A stretch of 64,000 nucleotides of DNA, taken from assembly GCA_951804945.1 (NCBI GenBank), contig OX638161.1, positions 40,114,001 through 40,178,000 on the forward strand, written 5' to 3'. The notes beneath the pieces are model-generated. The model saw only the letters and a list, made by a program, of their open reading frames with translations. It was not told the origin of the DNA and ran no database searches. This DNA is from Podarcis cretensis (lineage: Eukaryota). The translations under genes were made by a program, and so were the position numbers. This document shows, in pieces, positions 61,474 to 64,000 of this stretch (positions are counted from its first letter, which is position 1; each line of letters opens with the position of its first letter).

Positions 61474-62430
61474 CTGTAAGTCTCGGCAGCTGCCTTGATA
61501 CTGTTCCCCTTGCGGCTCCAGCTCCAGGATATTGGGGGTGGGGAGTACACCCCCGACCTCCTCCTCCTCCTCTTCCCCAACTCCTCCAATCAAGGAAGAG
61601 GGTTTAGAGGGAACTGTCACTGGCTCCCCTGGACGAGCGAGGCCTCTGCGTAGGAGACATAGGGCACCTAGAGTATCTCCCTCTCTCTGGCTTGGCTAGG
61701 GAAGAAAGGATCCGCAGCAGCGAAGACGTGCAGGGGGCTCTACTTAAAGGGGAAGGATGGGGGGCATCCCTTTGAAAAGGTGAATGAGGAGTCTCGCAGC
61801 AGACCCAATTCTACGGAGACTCTTCAGGGCGGTGGGGGGGGGGAGGGAGGAGAGGAGAGAATATCCCAATTTAGAGGAGGGTAAATCTCTATCAGACAAG
61901 AGGCCCTACCGACAGACGACTCTTTGGGAAGCCTATTAAGGGAAGGAAGACGCGGGCTAAGTGGGACGTTGCAGCCCCTGTCATATATTTCAGGTGGGGT
62001 GAGCTATAAAGGACCCACAGGTAATGGATGCGGAGGGGACTCAGGCTTGCACCTCCGAAGCGGAACGCGCCACCGCCCTCACGGGGAAACTGGGGCGGGG
62101 GGTCAGGAGCGGGGTGGGCGGACGGGGGCGGGCTGGTCCTCCAGGAGCCCCAGAAATCCTCCAACGTCCAGGGAGCCCTGCGGGGCGGGGGGCCGGGGGA
62201 AGGGAGGGGCTACCTCTCTACGGCAGAGGGTGGGGTCGGTGATGTGGAGTACTGTGGGGATGGGGGGCCTGGCGCTATCCGGCCCCCCCTCCCCTCTCTC
62301 GCCTCCTCGGGCTCCTCTGCCTTCTCACTCACTCACTCACTCCAGTTGTCCCCAAATCCAAGATGGCGCCCAAGGCAGGAGCCAGACCGGAACCAAGGCA
62401 GAGAGAAGCCCGGGCGCATGCGCATAGGCG
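61474..62430 (-). other. TAOK2: TAOK2 non-coding exon 1 (5' end approximate)
   Basis: Strong donor CAG|GTGAGA at 61473 at the edge of the CpG island; the next exon carries the ATG. Confidence 0.6.
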
Positions 62431-63620
62431 GCGGCGCGCGGCGGAGGAGAGGGCGCACGCGCAGTGAGCCGTGGGAGGGAGCCGGGAGAAAGCCGCATGC
62501 GCCGCGGACTGGACACGCGCCGAACGCCTTTCCGAAGCCAAGGAACGGCCGCATGCGTAGAGCGGAGCGGAGACGTAGCGTACGGCTTGCGCCTTGGTAA
62601 GGGCGTTCTGGAGAGAGAGAGAGAGAGTTAACCGAGCATGAGCTGTGAGGAAACAAGGTGTTGCTGAGTGAGACAAAGCGCATGTACACTAATATAAAGG
62701 GAGCGAGCGAGCCGAATCGCTCGCGAGGGCGCTGCGTTCATTGGGTTGCTGCGGCGTCGATGGGCGGGACCGTGGCTTCCCTTGACAATACGAAAAGAGT
62801 GCGGGCGGATGTCTGGAACCGGGCCTAGGGGCGAGGAAGCCGCGCCGGGCTTGGAGGAGGCGGGGCTTCGGGAAGGGCGAGGGCAAACAAGGAGGTCGGC
62901 GTCCTGGTTGGCTGATAGGGGAAAGAGCTGTTCAATGAAAGGAGTCAGATTGGGACGGCACAAGCCCTCCAGCCAGTTTTGATTGGGACATACGGTGGAG
63001 GCGAGATGTGATTGGTAGGTTGGCGTTGTTGGGGGCGGAGCTTCTAGCGCTCAGCTGTTACTGGGGCAGGATTCCGAAAAAACAGGCGCGCGCGCGCATA
63101 GGAAACGGGCGAAGGGACGACAGCTGTTGAAGGGGAGGGGGAGGAATAAAGGACGCTTTGGCGACCGTTAAAGCGTCACGAGCGCGCGGCCACTCGCCCG
63201 AACCACTCTGGAGGAGGGCGGGGTCAGGCTCCCCTCACTCGACGGAATGTTCAGGTGCCGCGCGGTCTCCCTAGGGTGACCTTTCCCTCGCCTTATATGG
63301 GAGCAGCAGCACCTTGGCACCTGCGCAGTTGGGACCAAGGCGAGCTATAACCGCCCTTTCTCAAGGGGGCGGCGGCAGCGGCGGCGGAATAAATCGTACG
63401 CCCTTTTCGCCGTAAATTTTAAACCCTCAAAACCAAGCAAAAATGAAAAAGCGGCAAAATAGAAACACTCCAAAAAAAACCCCCGAAAGGCTCTACCTGC
63501 TTCGGAACAACCCCCTCCCCACAGTGTCACGTGATTTGGCCTCGCTTGTTGACTCCGCGAATGCTAATGCAGCACAGCCTGTACATTGTTGAGCCCGGTG
63601 ACGTATCGGACACAGATTGG
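61900..63620. promoter_or_regulatory. CpG-island promoter of TAOK2
   Basis: High CpG; NRF1 palindrome GCGCATGCGC 62414-62423 plus variants, YY1-type CAAGATGGCG 62359-62368, CTCGCGAG 62720-62727, several ATTGG and GC boxes. Confidence 0.8.
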
Positions 63621-64000
63621 CTGGGCTGATGCATTGGCTGGGACAGTTCAGAGCAGATCGTGGTCCACCTTCTGTGAGGAAAAGAGGGTTGGTTGGTGTT
63701 CATTAAAACATCTCAGGGGAATGGTTGAAGATTGTGATGGCCCTGAGAGGAGGTAGAGAAGCTAATGGACAGGGAGCCCCAAGGCAAGGAAGCTGAATGA
63801 AGGGGCAGAGTGGAGAAAATGGCTTCTTTCTTCAACGCAGATGTTTTTTTTAATGCAGATTTTAATGTATTGTTGCAAAAGCCCTGTGCCTGCCCTCTCT
63901 CCACCCAGCAGTGGCCAGAGCACTCAGGGCCAAAGGCACACACACGGGGTCTGTGTCCCTTTGGAGAACAGAAGACACGGTGGAGACTGTTGTGCTTTAA

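Noticed and set aside
61892-62982. Long ORFs on both strands at the TAOK2 promoter
   Set aside because: Low-complexity G/R/P-rich translations expected in a CpG island

Overview
Vertebrate genomic DNA from a squamate reptile, probably a lacertid lizard (inferred from the Sauria SINE, BovB, CR1/L2 and squamate-type MITEs), so most entries in the ORF track are spurious or exon-plus-intron read-through. I assembled three spliced genes by hand, all on the minus strand, with GT-AG boundaries and consistent phases. (1) CDIPT, phosphatidylinositol synthase: 6 coding exons, 9756->4109, 215 aa. (2) TAOK2: non-coding exon 1 in a CpG island near 62 kb and coding exons from 51552. It has a beta isoform (19 coding exons, stop at 27466, 1018 aa) and an alpha isoform that reads through a donor into a transmembrane/SxIP tail (stop at 36944, 1352 aa). 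(3) Between them, an intact 7-8-exon gene that I do not recognise (ATG 20054, stop 11769 or 11779, 286 or 310 aa). It has its own poly(A) signal, two RFX X-box-like sites upstream, a cassette exon that would switch the frame of the last exon, and a hairpin enclosing a candidate poison micro-exon. Other notable structure: a 240-nt AG-exclusion zone with a distant branch point before the first TAOK2-beta-specific exon, RBFOX and AU-rich element clusters, and a perfect 53-bp BovB-derived hairpin in TAOK2 intron 1. No database search or folding program was run. Gene names rest on recognising the protein sequences.
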